Counted from the stretch's first letter, positions 37,400 to 51,865 are shown. The stretch: 64,000 nt of DNA from Basidiobolus meristosporus CBS 931.73 (GCA_002104905.1 MCFE01000016.1:124001-188000), one strand, 5' to 3'. Notes: generated by a model from the sequence alone, not told the origin. Program-made: numbers and translations.

Positions 37400-40300
37400 G
37401 ATGAACCCACCAAAATGCTATCATAAAGTTAAAGTCCAGTGACTAATAGATACTGATCTTGTTGGGACAGTGTCCAGAGACCGCAGAAAAATAATTGCAC
37501 CCCAGATTTCACAAAGAACTTGGTCAAAATTTTTAACCACAACATTGTATAAGTGGCTTTTGATTGGTTCCCTGCCAATTTGCTCACTTTCTGATCCTGG
37601 ACACTCCATTGCCTCCTATGTTTGTGTGAATTGACTGGCTATTGACTCTTTTTCACACTCCTTACTACCTGACCCAACTGTTTCTCTTATTTTAGATGCA
37701 ACCAAATTGATTTATTTACGTTGAAACTTCAGTTGTACCTCAATTGCCAATTGTATTGACCTATATAAGTCTCTATACCCTACACTAACATTAAGCCCAA
37801 CCTTACACTCAACAAGTAACTCTATTAAAATCCACCACTCAATAAGTATTTCTGCTGTAATGCCCTGGTTCCACAACTATGGTGGGCACCCAACAGCTTT
37901 ATGCCACTGTTCATTCACAGGTTCCCACATGTCTTGGTCTTCAGCTGGCACTGCAAGGTCTAGCTCCTCATCTGTCAGTCTTTGCAATAAATCCTTGCAA
38001 TATTCCAATGTGTTTTCTTGTGCACTGCTCTTGAAGAAGTGCTGCAACCTCTTGGTGTGCCTATTAATGTTCCAAAACCACACTGAAGGCATTGCAATAG
38101 TCTTTTGAGCTCTTGACATTGTAGCCTTGTCTGTCAGTGGGATCTCCACTGGGTCAACAATGGAGGATGTGGAGGCTGTGGAGGCTGTTGTAGATGAACT
38201 GCCTTTTTCAGCCAACTCATCTACCTTGCTGGAGTGCAGCTCAGCTGGCTGCACTTATGACTCTTGTGAAAATAGCTGCTTTCTTTTTTGTAATTACTCT
38301 TGGCTATGATGAGTTTCAGTCTGTACCTGGCTTGTGGCATTAATTGGCAAGAACTGCAGTTTTTTTGCATGCCTCCCTGTCTCACACTTGGGTAGACATT
38401 TGTCCCTTTACCTTTTCCATTATCACTGCCAGGTCTTTCACTGTTACTTTGTCTGTGTGCTTCTTGTAAAGAACTGTGCATTCTCCTGAATAAATTCTGC
38501 ACTGACTCATTTGTTTTGTCCTGCTTGCCCCTTGCTAGCACTCCTCTAGCAACCTGACGTTCCTTTTCTGCTTGTTTTGAGCTCTCAACTGTAGTTTTGA
38601 CAGGCTCCTGTCAAAGCAGCTGGTTTTTATCACTGCCAGGTCTTTCAATGCTACTTTGGCTGTGTGCTTCTTGAGTAGTACTACACTTTTTTGTTGATAA
38701 ATGTTGTGCTGGTACATCTGTGTCTGCCTGTTTGTCCTTAATTGACACTTTTCTAGCTGTCTGATGTCTCTTTGATGCTTGTCTGGAGATTTTGGCCCTG
38801 CTTGTAACAGGCTCTTGAGGAAGCCGCTGGTTTTTAGCCATAGTACCCTTGCTCTTCTGTCTTTGATAGTTTCTGCAATTCTTAAGATACTTTCTTAGCC
38901 TACCAATGCTGGCACAAAATGTATTTTCCTGTTTGAATCCAGGATAATGCTCATGGAACCAGTCAAGTGCATTCTGCTTGACCTTGAGTTCCTGATGGTC
39001 CCATGGTATATCAGCCTTAAGGTAATGGCATGCCAGACTTCTGACGGCCTCTTGTATATTAGTCCACTCTTCATTATTGCACTCAACAGCTTCAAAGATT
39101 TTCAATGTCTTTTGATTTTTAGGCTTTGGTATAAACACCACATTGTCTCCCTCCTATGCTGTGATAGATTTTTCTGTGGACTTTATCTTTGGGCATTGTT
39201 ATAGTGCCTCAAAGATTGTATGGTGTTCCTCTGCTGTTACTTTGGGAAGTGGCTCAATTCTTTGCTGTGACATTGAGCTACTTAGGTTCCTTCTTTGCAG
39301 TAAAAAGACTGCTTTCTCTACCTATGATATTAATTGCTCCACACATATTATCCGCTCTTCCTGTTTCTGCGCTATTTCCTGATTTCTCTGGGCCATTGCA
39401 CCTATCTTATCAGCCACTGCACCTAATTGCTTCATTAATGCTTTGGTATGAGCTGACAACATACTTGCTAATATTGGTGGTGGTGATGTTATCATGGCCA
39501 CTTGCTGATCTTCAACTGAGGGTACTGCATATGCTACATTCTCATCTGCCTGAGCATAATGATCAGCTTGTGGCTCCACAGAGGTTCTCAATTGACTACT
39601 TGACTGAGAGCCTGAGGAGTCCACATTATTACCTTCAATGGGCACACTGTCCACAGGGCCTTTTTTGGATGTGGCCCTGCTTGTTGAACTGAATGCCAAA
39701 GCAAGCTGTTGTCCTACCATTCTTCTGTTGCCATCAGCTGTGGGGTTTGGTTGAGAACCAGACAACTTTGCTTTATTTTTTGGCAGTATATATATGGGAG
39801 TGAGTCAAACCAAAGGGGAAATAGTGTTACATATACGTGAGTATGTGGTGCCACAACTTTATTTATAATGCTTACTATGGCAGGTCATCATTGAATCTTA
39901 CATTCATGTAGGTGCAATGTCTCAAATACAAGACTGTCTTAAGTTCACATGAGTATTGACCAAAAAGTGGTAAAATAGCATTACGTTGTTGAAGGTCAAA
40001 CTGTTTGCCCTATAAACAAGACTACTTTGACTCAACGCTGTAAGAGAAGAGAAAAAAGACCATGTGGCTATTATGGCAAGCCTCTCAGCTATGAAGCACA
40101 CAGAGAGTATAGAAAGTATTACAAGGATCATGGCCAATGTTTTGACACCCAAGTCATATTAGACCATTCATTGGTCACTACTGTACCAACATTATCTTGC
40201 CAGCTAATTAATACTTCTATATAGGCACCTGGCCATCTTTGTCACCTTGCACAAACTGAGTCAGGTGAGTTTGTGACACCCTTAGGCTCACCTCAGCCTT

Positions 40301-43181
40301 CTGAATATTGCATGCAGAGTGATAGCTCTGACAAAGAAGGTACACTGATAGATTTTGAGCCTATCTTTGCCAACAACAGTACCAACTATGAGCCCAGTCA
40401 ATCCCCTATATGTAATGAGGCAACACCCATTGAAACAAATGCCAAGGATACTTTATAGAGCCAAGTGAGCCCAGTAATCCATCTACTGGTGAATGATGTA
40501 ATGTTCTGGCTAGAGAAGTGGTGTGTTTCTACTAATATCAGTAATGGGTGCTTTGAGGATTTATTACTACTTCTTGCCAAAATCATACCAGGATGCAAGT
40601 TACCATATACATGGTACAAGTGGACAACTGTCATGCAGCTTGCGACAAATGATCCAGAGACTGACCTGATTCCAGCATGTGTTAACAATTGCATGGCAAT
40701 CACATCCAAAAATGCTACCATTGCAACATGTCCAAATTTTCAGGAATCCACAAACATTTAGGGAAAACATTGTTCACAAACCAGATATTCTCTGGTCATA
40801 CCCTGTCTGAGGAAGCTAATGCAGTCTGACAAATGTTGCAAAGCTATACAATACCACACTCCGTATCTATCCAGTGCAAACATATCCAATATATTTGATG
40901 GCAAATATTACAAATAGCTGAGATCCAAGGGCTATTTTAAAGGTATGTATGACCATGCCTTTGCTTTAGCACTTGACGGATTCTCATTAAACAAGTACTC
41001 TACCAGCAAATCCTACTGGCTACTGATTCTCATCAATCTGAATTTGCCGCTCATTTTACGGTATCAGAGCAATAATCTGATGGTGGTCTCAGTGGTAGCT
41101 GGGCCTAAATCACTGTCCAACCTGGATAGCTACTGGCATCCATTGCTGGATGAATTTTGTATGCTTTCCAGCAGGATAATGGTAAATGGCTGACATGTAG
41201 AAGCATGTAATATCATCTGCATTAGGAATACCCCAACCATCAGCATGATAGCAGGTTTTTTCCAAGCACAATGGACGGTATTGCTGTTAAATGTGTGAGA
41301 TTCAGGGGATTTGCTCCATAACTCACACGCATTATTATTAACCAAACACCAGCACTATGAACATCATATTTCCACAGAGAGAATGTGCAGAAGTAAGCAT
41401 GCAATTGCAACAAAGTAGGCAAGCTATAAGCCATTGGCCAGAATATGGAATTTATTGAAAACTGGAGATACTTAAGATAGAGAGTATGTGTTGGAGCAAA
41501 AGCTTTCCACTGAGGGCAATGCATTTGCTTTTCAACAATATCCCTATACTGATGACTAAGTTGTACATGGGCATTTGAAGCTAAATGAGCCCTTCAAGAT
41601 ACCGGAGAAGCTTGAAAGAATTGGCATGAAATTACAGAGTATCTGCTACCCTAGTACTTCTCATAGGCTCCAATTAATATTCATATGCATATGCAACAAT
41701 ACAAATGCAAAGACTAGATGAACTGGATATGAATTTATTTCAAGTTGTGTCCTGAAGCCATTCCTACCAAGAGTACATTGGAAGCATTGGGAGTCATATG
41801 TGGACATTGTAGGAATATTTATCCAGAAGCAGATCACCAATGCAAACTTGACACATCTACAGCTTTTGTGTGAGGAGTTTGTGTTGGAATTTGAGCGGCT
41901 ATACTACAAACATAAAGCTGAACATATAGATCTCTGTTGCTAATGTATCCATACTCTACTCCATCTTGCATGGTGTGTGGAGAATATTGGGCCTTGCTTC
42001 ACCTTTTGGGAGTTTCCTATGGAGCAGATGGGTGGGGAGATAGGACATCAAGTCAAGCTGCAGGTGCTACCATATCCCAATCTCATCAAGAATATTACCT
42101 TCAAGTCTGTCATGGATGTGATAAGTTGGCACATGGAGGACAGCCAGAAAGAGTTGGAAAATACTGAGGACAAATGTGCACATGGAGACACCTATGCATA
42201 TGGCATTATTAAGCTAATCAGCCCCAATGCATGGGTAATCAGTTAAGTAATGCAAAGTTGGGCTGGGTGCCACAAGCAACAAATTTTTATCAGGCAAACT
42301 CTACCAAGGTATGCTGAATTTCTCATGGTAACAAGCCAACTTATACACCATTCAATATGGAATTCACACAAACATAAGCCAGAGTGCACCTATAAAGGGG
42401 ACTAGAATCCAGCAGGGAGAAGGAATATATGGACTAAATACCAAGAAGTTCTTTGCAGATATTCAGGAGGTATTGCTGGGAGAAGTAGCAACAACCAAGC
42501 ATATATTTGCAAGATGTATGTGTTACCAGCAGTACAAGGTATATGGCAACTTTGCAAGTATCACACTAAAAAGCTGTAAAGTTGAGGTGACAGAAGTATG
42601 TTGATTGCGGCAGGTGTGTGCGTTTGTTGAGGTTAGTAAGCAGGTGGCCATAGTTTTTTTTGACCTGAACTATATGTGAAATACCCAAGGTAGTAGTGGG
42701 TAAGCAAATAAAGAGGGGTGATTTTACAGTGGAATATATGAGCTGCTCAAGAGGAGGTAGAAAAAGGAAGTACCATTTGGTAAATTGGTACAGTAGCATT
42801 ATACAGAACCGGCAGTAGGCCTTCATACTGTCAATATAATGCCATCAGAGTCTTGCTGTGAGGTCATTAAAATACTGTCAAATTTCTTGCCATATAAGGC
42901 AATTGGATGTCCTGGCCAACTGGATCCACCTAAAATAGTTACAGAGTGCTGAAAGACCACAACAATACCATGCAAATATTGTCACAGCACCAATAAAATA
43001 TCATCAAGTTTTATCCCTTTATTTGGTTGTAAAAGTAGCAAAACACCATCATGATCTTGTCATAAGATTGTTAGGAAGGTCACTAATTCCAAGCTGCTGT
43101 TATTGTGATGGTCTCCAAACAGGATCTTGTTGGTGGATCTGAATTGGATCCACCTACAGGACCAAATTATTTTTCATAGGG
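37400..43181 (+). mobile_element. CACTA copy 2 (near full length, left TIR missing, no nested inserts)
   Basis: Colinear with 11160-18209 minus the MITE and LTR. Right end ..AATTATTTTTCATAGGG at 43181. Confidence 0.88.
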
Positions 43182-44676
43182 TACAAAGATCACAGACAGT
43201 ATTTGCCACACAATATATACTTCATCATTCTTCAGTCACTACAGTACCAACAATATCTTGCTGGCCACTTGATGCTCCTATAGTGGCACTGAGCCTTACT
43301 TGTCACCTTGCATAAATGGAGTCAGGTGTGTTAGTGGTGCCTTTAGGCTTACCTCAGCCTTCTGAATATGGTACACAGACACAACTTACAAGGCTACTTT
43401 AATAAATACTTATTCAGCTCATCTAGTCCTTGTATTTGTATTGTTGCATATGCCTATGAATAAATATATTGAAGTCTGTGAGAGGTACCTTGGGTAGCAG
43501 ATACTCTGTAATATCTTTTTATTTCTTTCAAGTTTCTCCAATATCTCAAAGGGCCTGTTCAGCCTGAAATGTTGTATCTACAACTTGGTTATCAGTATAG
43601 GGATAATATTGAAAAGCAAATGCATTGATCCCAATTGAAAGCTTTTGTTCTAACAGATTCCCTCTATCTTAAGTATCACCAGTTTTTGATTAATTACATA
43701 TTCTGGCCAATTGCATAAAGCTTGCCAGATTTGGTGGAAATGCATGTTGACTTCTGTGTGATCTTTCTGTGGGAAGATGATGTTTTTAGTATTGGTGTTT
43801 GTGTGGGTTATGAAGTAAATCCTTTGGGTTTCACACATTTGACAGCAATACCATCCATTACCAAAGTATGCTGTGTTTCTCCTGGGTACAAGCTAATATC
43901 CACACCATTCAATACAGTTTTCATACAAACTAGTACCAGAGCATACATATAAGGTGGATTAGATTTCATCATGGAGAGGAATATATTTGCCCAGTGCCAA
44001 AATTCTTTGGAATATATTCAAGAGGTTTAATGGCAAGAGTGGTGGCAACCTAGCAGATATTTGCAAGATGTATATGTTGCCAGCAATACAAGGTGTATGG
44101 CAACTTTGCAAGTATTGCATTGAGAACTTCTAAAGTTGAGGTGATAGAAATGTGTCAACTGCAATTGGTGTGCACATTTGTAGAGGTTAATATGTAGGAG
44201 GCCATAGTTTTTCTTAGATTTGAACTAAATGTGGAATAACCACAGTAGTAGTGGGTAAGCAAACAGATTAGAGTGATTCTACAATGGAATATATCAATGG
44301 TGCAAGGGGAGGTAGCAAAAAGAAATACCATTTGGTCAATTGCTATGGTAGCATCATACAGTCCCAGCTATAGGCCACTGTACTACTACTATTATGCCAC
44401 AGAAGTCTTTATCAAGGCTGTTGAAATATTATCATGTTTTTTTCCATGTATGCCATTTGCATGTACTGGCTGGTTGGGTCCACTCAAATAAGTGTAGGCT
44501 AAGATAAGACTGTCAAATTGCCATTCAAGTGCTGTTAAAGGATCACCTAAGCACTGTCAAGTTCACTTACCTACTTAGTGGTAAAACTGGCAAAATAGCA
44601 TCACAAACCCATCATACAATTGTAAAGAGAGTCAATAATTCCAAGCTGCTAGCATCATGCTGGCCTCATTGTGACA
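43182..44676. mobile_element. Rearranged CACTA fragments (partly inverted)
   Basis: Segments match the transposase 5' region, an inverted middle part (~43430-43900) and the 3' subterminal region. Confidence 0.65.
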
Positions 44677-46450
44677 CCTTATGAAAATTATTGTCATGAT
44701 CCCATCAAAAGGCTGTTGGAGATTCTAAGTCTTGTGACTAAGAGGTATTGATTCCATCAGGACACCATGTAAAGACCGTCAAAAAAAATTGCACCCTAGA
44801 TATCATAAAAAGCTTGGTCTAAATTTTTCATCACAGCAATACAAAAGTGGCTTTGAATTGGTTCTCTGCCAATTTTCTAACATTCTGATGCCAGACACTC
44901 TATCACCTCCTACATTTGTGTGCATTGATTGGCTATTGCCACTTTTTCACACTTGTTACTACCTGACTTGACCATTTCACTTATTTTTGATGCATACAAA
45001 TTGATTTATTCCAATTGAAACTTCAGTTGTACCTCAATTGCCAATTGTATTGACCTATACAAGTCCCTATACTCTACACTAACATTAAGCCCAACCCCAC
45101 ACTCAACAAGTAGCTCCATTAAAATCCACCACTCAATAAGTGTTTCTGCTTTAATGATCTGTTTTCACAACTTTGGCAGGAACCCTATGACTCTATGCCA
45201 TTGTTCATTCACTGGTTCCTATATGTCCCAGTCTCAAGTCAGCACTGCAAGGTATAGCTCCTCATCTTGACATTGCTACTTTGTCTGTCAGTGAGATCTC
45301 CACTCTGTCAGCAGTGGAAGATGCCGAGGCTGTGGAAGACAAATTGCCTTTCTCTGCAAACCCATCTACCTCACTGGGGTGTAGCTCAACTGGCTGTGCT
45401 TCCAACTTTTGTGAAAACCGCTCTTTTCTTGTTGGTAATTCTTCTTGGCTATGATTGGATTTAGTCTATTCCAGGCTTAAGATGCTAATTGGCTAGAACT
45501 GCAGCTTTTTTCTCATGCTTCCCTGTCTCTGGCTTGGGTAGACTTTCTTCCCTTTACCATTTCCTTTATCACTGCCAGGTATTTCACTGCTACTTTGTCT
45601 GTGTGCTTCTTGTATTGAGCTGTGTTTTCTCCTTAATAAATGCTGCTCTAATGCATCTGCATTGGCCTGCTTATCCCTTGCTGGCACTCTGCCAACAAGC
45701 TGATGCTTCTTTCCTGCTTGTTTCAGGCTCCTGAGGTAGCTGCTTGTTTTTATCACTGCCAGGTCCTTCACTGCTACTTTAACTGAATGCTTCTTGAGTA
45801 AAAGTATGCTTTTTCCTTGGCCAATGTTACGCTGGTGCATCTGCGCCTGCCTGCTTTTCCCTTACTGGAACTCTACCAGCTACATGATGCCTCTATGATG
45901 CTTGTTTAGAGCTTTTGACCCTGCTTGTAACAGGATCTTGAGAAAGCCACCAGTTTTTAGTCATTGCACCCTTGTTCTTCTGCCTTTGATAGTTTCAGGT
46001 ATTCTTGAGATACTTTCTTGGCATACCAACACTGGTTTAAAAGCCATTTGCTTGTTTGAGTCAGGATAATGCTTATGGAGCAAGACAAGAGTACTCTGAT
46101 TGGCCTTGACTTCCTGATGGTCCCATGGTATGATGGCCTTAAGGTGCCGGCTTGCTACACTATGAATGGCCTCCTAAATATAAGCCTACTCTTCATCATT
46201 GACTGAACAGCTTTATGGATCTTCAATGTATTTTGATTTTTGGGCTTTGATACAAGCACTATGTTTTCTCCCCCCAATGCAGTGATAGGCCTTTCTGTGG
46301 GCTTTATCTTTGGGCACTGTTGTTGTTCTTCAAAGACTGTATGGTGTTCCTCTGCTATTACATCAGGAAATGGCTCAATTCTAGGCTTTGATATTGAGGA
46401 GCTTGAGTTCCTTCTTTGCAGCAAAGTCACTGCTTTCTTTATACCTTTTA
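44677..46450 (+). mobile_element. CACTA copy 3, left end plus ORF A remnant, cut by a copia LTR
   Basis: Begins CCTTATGAAAATTATTG (left TIR variant) and is colinear with 11140-13060. Confidence 0.8.
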
Positions 46451-46939
46451 TGTTGTAAGAGTCTTGGAGATATTGGAAGTGATTGGGAGAGCAAGTAGAT
46501 TAGGTGGTTTTCACTAAATGATTTATTGAATGTAACAGTAGTATCTATACTTTTACATGGTCTTGGCTTTACAAACACATGGAATAGGTTAAGGGAGGTC
46601 CCAAGTACATGTGTGCAAGGGTTGGGGCTGCTTGGACAACTTTGAGAATTTTTATGTTGTGAGTACCTGGTATTTTGGTGAAAATATTCTTAGTAAATCC
46701 CAACAAGAATTTGGTCAGTATTCTCTAGGATTTGGGGGTAATGATCTAAGGGACTAAGTTGGGTGAGGATTTAGGTGGAATTACAAATTTTTACAACACT
46801 CCCACTCAGCCAAATGCTCATACTGACAAGTCCTAATTTTGACTTAAGATATTCAAACTTGTTTCTAGCTAATGGTTTTGTAAATGCGTCTGCAATCATG
46901 TCATCTGTAGGACAGTAAGCTAAGCTAACTTGGCTATTA

Positions 46940-47387
46940 GACTTGTTCCATTGGATAGTGCCATATTGAGCCATGAGTGCCAAATGATGCCATAGTGTGC
47001 CAGGGAGGCCAAGTGAGCCTAAACCTGGCCACAGAGTGTGAAATATAGCTCTGCATCTTTGTGCAAAGCCGCCCCTGTGTTTCACCCACTGTGTTGCAGA
47101 AAATTCATTTTTTGACCTTTTTTTTAAGTCAATGTTGTGTAGGATGTGTCAGAGTGCAAAAGGATTGAAGATATACATCTGGTACTCAATACCCATGGCA
47201 CTCTGAATCTAGCTCCTGTGACATGTTACAAGCCACAGGAGCTAGATTCAGAGTGCCATGGGTATTGAGCACCTGATGCATGCCTTCAGTTCTTCTGTGC
47301 TCTTACACATCCTGCACAACATTGACCTAAAAAAAAGGTCAAAAAATGGATTTTCTCATACATCATTGGTAAAACACCGGGGCTGCT
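46940..47387. mobile_element. Truncated foldback MITE (same family as 26447-27178)
   Basis: TA|GACTTGTTCC left end, 36-bp perfect inner palindrome, collapsed centre, right end lost at a junction with integrase. Confidence 0.9.
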
Positions 47388-48528
47388 AACTCCTATTTTT
47401 AAGATATACAGCAGTAGCAACTGATTCCGCCCAGAAATCATAGGATAATTTTTGATCATGGGTCATAGATCTTGCCATATCAATTATTGATCTGTTAGCT
47501 CATTCTGCTACTCTGTTTTGCTGTGGGGAGTATGGTACAGTAGTCTCTTGCTCTATCCCATGAATTTTGCAGAAGTGGATGAAGAGTTTTGAGGTATATT
47601 CTCCACCATTGTTAGAGCGTATTTTCTTAATTTTTTCACCAGTTTCTCTCTCCACCAGGGCTTTAAACTCCCTGAGCTTAGACAGAGCTTCTTCCTTTCT
47701 CTTCAATAAGTAGACCCATGTGTATCTTGTATAATCATCAATAAAAGTGATTAAATACTTCATCCTGCCTAAGGATAAATTTTGCATAGGTCCACACAGA
47801 TCTGAGTGAATTAGATCTAATTTTTTCTTAGTTTTGACTAACCCAGAGCTCTTGAACGGTTGTCTGGCTTGTTTCCATATATTCAGGCTTCACAGTGCTC
47901 CAAATTAGCTGCGGGATCAATTTTCACTCCAGAAATTAGCTGATCTTTGATCATTTTACGCAAATAATCAAAGTTGATGTGTCCAAATATCCTGTGCCAA
48001 AGCATTGGTGTTTCTTCATTTAAGTTACTTATATTTGCTTCCAAGTATGATGGAATATAAGTCAACTTATATAGATTCTGATCTCTGATGCCCAAAGCAA
48101 TATGGGCACCATTTTGATCAGTGATACTGCATCCAGAATTGTCAAAACTGAAACTGAGTCCTTCTGCTGTGGCCTTGCTTACAGAGAGTAGGTTCTTGGC
48201 TATTTCTGGTACATAGAGTACTTCTTTAAAGGTCAGTGTATAGCCTCCTTCACTGCTTCTTAGGTTTACTTGGATAGTTCCTTCTCCCACTGCATCAAGT
48301 GTTCTATCATCACCCATGAAAACCTTCTTAATTGGAATTTCTTGATATTGGGTAAAAAGTTCTTTTTGGTGTGTAAAGTGTTGAGAAGCTCCAGAGTCAG
48401 TATACCACGTCTGAGAATCCTTGTTTGTGGTCATATTTAGTGCATGTATGAATAGTCTATCTTCAGTTGTTGCAGCATTTCAATATTCAGGCTTCTTTTG
48501 CTGATAATCTCTCTTTTTGAGACACCGG

Positions 48529-49332
48529 TGTGGTGGTGTAGAGGTACTCCTGGGAGAAGCTACACAACTCAAGGTGTGTGAGGTGTCTGATGGGTGCAAT
48601 AACCTCTGTGTCTAAACTGCTGGTGTCTTTGTCAATATGTCACTATGGTAAAAGCTCCTGCTTCTCTAGCTTCCTAGGTGCTCCAAGTGTCTCCAAAGGC
48701 CTCTGTGTGTCTTGTGCACTACCCTGAAAAGCTCCTTGATGGCAGGTCTTAGATGTACTGTTGAAGGCAGGTGCAGTGATCAACTGCTAATCAATAAGGT
48801 AGAAGTGTTACTGATAGAAGGGATGATTTATTGATGAGGGATTGCTTTCCCTTAAATACTTTTCCTGATTGCCAAGTGATTACTAATGACAAGGTTCTAG
48901 AAGATTCTAGGTATCAGTGGAATTCTTGATGACATCACTATGAGCTAAAAATATGCCAAGAATGTCCTGGAAGGTTCTAAAAGGCACAGCACTCTCAACC
49001 AATCAGGAATCAGTAGTCTGAAACCTGTGCAACATAGAAATACCATATATGGTATTGAAATGGTAGAGATGGTAACACAGACCTAGGTCATGTGTCACAG
49101 GTGCTGACGCGGGTACTTGCCTTATATAGATACATCTACTGATCACAAAGCTGAATAACATCTGGGATAACTAATGCTAATAACTAATCAGGGTAAACAT
49201 CATATGGGGATAATACTGATAATATGGGCAAAAGAAGAATGGGATAATACTGATAAGATAAAATATGGATAAGTACATCATAATGACTATATGAATAAAC
49301 TTGTCTGTGGGAGGTATGTTTACCCTACCACA
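48529..49332 (-). mobile_element. Ty3/gypsy solo LTR G2 (804 bp) inserted in the copia zinc knuckle
   Basis: TSD CCGG at 48525-28 and 49333-36. Confidence 0.93.
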
Positions 49333-50424
49333 CCGGTCTGATGTGTGTCCTTTCCTTTTGCAGTAGTTGCAAAATAGGTTGCTGTTGCCTTTGTAGGGTC
49401 TTGGGTACCTCCTTTGTTGGTTATCATTGCTTATCAAAGCACTTTCTTCTTCCTTCTTATTGGCGCTTGATTTTCTTAATTCTTCATCCAGGAGCCTTCC
49501 ATATACATAATTTAAGGTCAAATCTTCAGTTCTGGACTTTAGGGCTGATACAAGGCCCTGAAACGTGTTTGTCAGGCTATTCAGGATGGTAACTATCACA
49601 TCCTCATCAGTAGTTGGTACGCCCACAGATTCCATCTCATCTACCAGCAGGGTAATTCTGTTAATTAGATTTTTCATTTCTTCTCCTGGCAGCATCTTTG
49701 TAGTAAAGAATTTTTGTCTCAGATACATTTTCTTGGCAGCTGAACATGACTGGTTGGTGTCTTCTAATGCCTTCCAGGCATTCATTGCTGTTTTTGCTCT
49801 TGAGCATTGAATTAGCAATTTGTCTATAACATCAAGGCAAATGCAGTTAAAGGCACTTTGTTCTTTCTTCTGGTACTTTAAGGCTTCCTCTCCCATGTTA
49901 TTAGGAGGGCATTCTTCTCACATGACAATATCCCAAAGGCCTCTTTCTTGTAGCTGCATCTTCATCTTCACCTTCCACACTTGGTAGTTAGATCCGTCAA
50001 CTTTTCAGCAGAGGGAAAAATTCCAGTAATAGCAGTAGTAGACATTGCAGAGAGTGACAGCTTGGGGCTCATAACCTGTTGTAAGAGTCTTGGAGATATT
50101 GGAAGTGATTGGGAGGACAAGTAGATTATGTGGTTTTCACTTAATGATTTATTGAATGTAAAAGTAGTATTTATACTTTTACCTGGTCTTGGCATTACAA
50201 GCATGTAGAATAGATTAAGGAAGGTCCCAAGAATATGTGTGCAAAGTTTGGGGCTGTTTGGACAACTTTGAGAATTTTCATGTTCTGGGTACCTGGTATT
50301 TTGGTGAAAATATTCTAAGTAAATCCCAACAAGGAATTTGGTCAGTATTTGCTAGGATTTGAAGGTAATGATCTAAGTGACTAAGTTAGGTGAATATTTA
50401 GGTGGAAATACAAATTTTACAACA

Positions 50425-51086
50425 TGAGTATTCCTCACAAGTAGTGCCTCCAAGGTCAGTGGGCTGTCAGCACGGTTTCCTGGGAGTGTCATGTGGTCTG
50501 GGGTTGGAAGGTCAAGTAGCAGCAGGTAGCAGTGATCACACTAATCAACAAGTTGGTATATTGATCAAAGGGATGATGATTTATTGTTGCTGGATAGCCA
50601 CCCTTATATACTTATCTCACTGGCTAAGTGATTACTAATCATGGTGTTCCAGAAGGTTCTGGAGATCAATAGAAATCTTAATGACATCAGAATGAGCTAA
50701 GAGTATTCTAAGTAGGTGCCGGAAGGTTCTAAGAGGCACAGCACATCAAACCAATCAGGAATCAATACTCTGAAACCTGTGTAACATAGGAATACCATAT
50801 ATGGTATGAAAATGGTAGGGATGGTGACACAGGTTGATCATGTGTTGTGGGTACTGGCATGGGTACTTGCCTAATATAGAAGCACTTGCAGCTAGTAATC
50901 TTACATAAAGTGAGGGATAACCTATGCAATAAGGTAAGCAGGTGTGATAGTCAACTAGCTTATGGGATCAAACTGATCAGGTAAGACAAATGGGATAAAA
51001 CTAAAAAAGTGTAGTAGAGATATAGGGAAGTAGAAAATATGGGAATGAGCACATTTGTCAGTGGGTGTCACTGTCACCCCTCTACA
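50425..51086 (-). mobile_element. Partial G1 LTR (cut by the copia LTR)
   Basis: Matches 14957-15619 and ends ..CCCCTCTACA. Confidence 0.9.
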
Positions 51087-51865
51087 GCATTATTGCTAGC
51101 ATGCAACCAATTGTATAAGTGCAAATCAGATTGAATAGCTGCACTGGTACAACAGATGATGTATATATATGCACGGTGTTTATTTATAGGGGTCCTGTCT
51201 CAAATGTGAGACAACCTTGATATTGCTTATATCAAAAATTCAGTGATCACTGGTTTTCAATGGCTTGATATGGATTGCATAAAAAAATGTGTTGTTTAGA
51301 TCATGACAAATGATAGCAATTCTAGGCAATTGCATCATCTTCTCCTAGGTTTTTTTCTCACAGGGATTACTACTCAAGCATTTGGTAGTGATTCACTTTG
51401 CACACCTAAACTACTTTCTTGATGACTATCCTCTTGGCTACTTGTATATTTGTAGTCAGTATTTTGCCTCCTAGTTGGTGAGTGCAATGCTGCAGCTTGG
51501 CTGCGCTGAATTGCTCTGGATGATGCAACTGAGCCGGCCCACAGTGCTATATGCTGACACATTCTTTTACTTGCCAAAGGCTCTACTGGTGGAAGCACTT
51601 CATGTGGGTCATCATCAGTCAGTTCACCAGAAGAAACTCGCTGATGGTCAGGTGTAATGGCATGCCTAGACGCAACTTGATGCGCTGGCATGGCCCTTGG
51701 CTGTGTTTGATGTGATGCTGCTTGTTGATGCAACTCAGCCTGCTCCAATTAACTTGTGTCTTTTTGAGTAGTTTGGCAAGTTCTGGTGATTTTGCTCTGA
51801 AGCACATATGTTGACCCAACATGTGTTGACTCTATGTGGGGTGCTCTTGCAAAGCATGTTGGCAT

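Larger units (their letters stand above)
46451..50424 (-). mobile_element. Copia family A element, internally deleted (RT absent); LTRs 46451-46798 and 50077-50424
   Basis: PBS 50076-50064, gag with CNYCKRKGHTSDRC knuckle, protease WYTDSGASQH, integrase YLITFIDDYTR..SNNGGEY..PQQNRVAE, RNase H end, PPT GAGTGGGAG. LTRs ~90% identical; flanks TTTTA and TGAGT do not form a TSD. Confidence 0.9.

Noticed and set aside
14545-49336. Apparent CC-initial target preference of G1/G2 LTRs (TSDs CCAG, CCAC, CCGG)
   Set aside because: Only three sites, and the two other G1 flanks (GCAT) do not fit.
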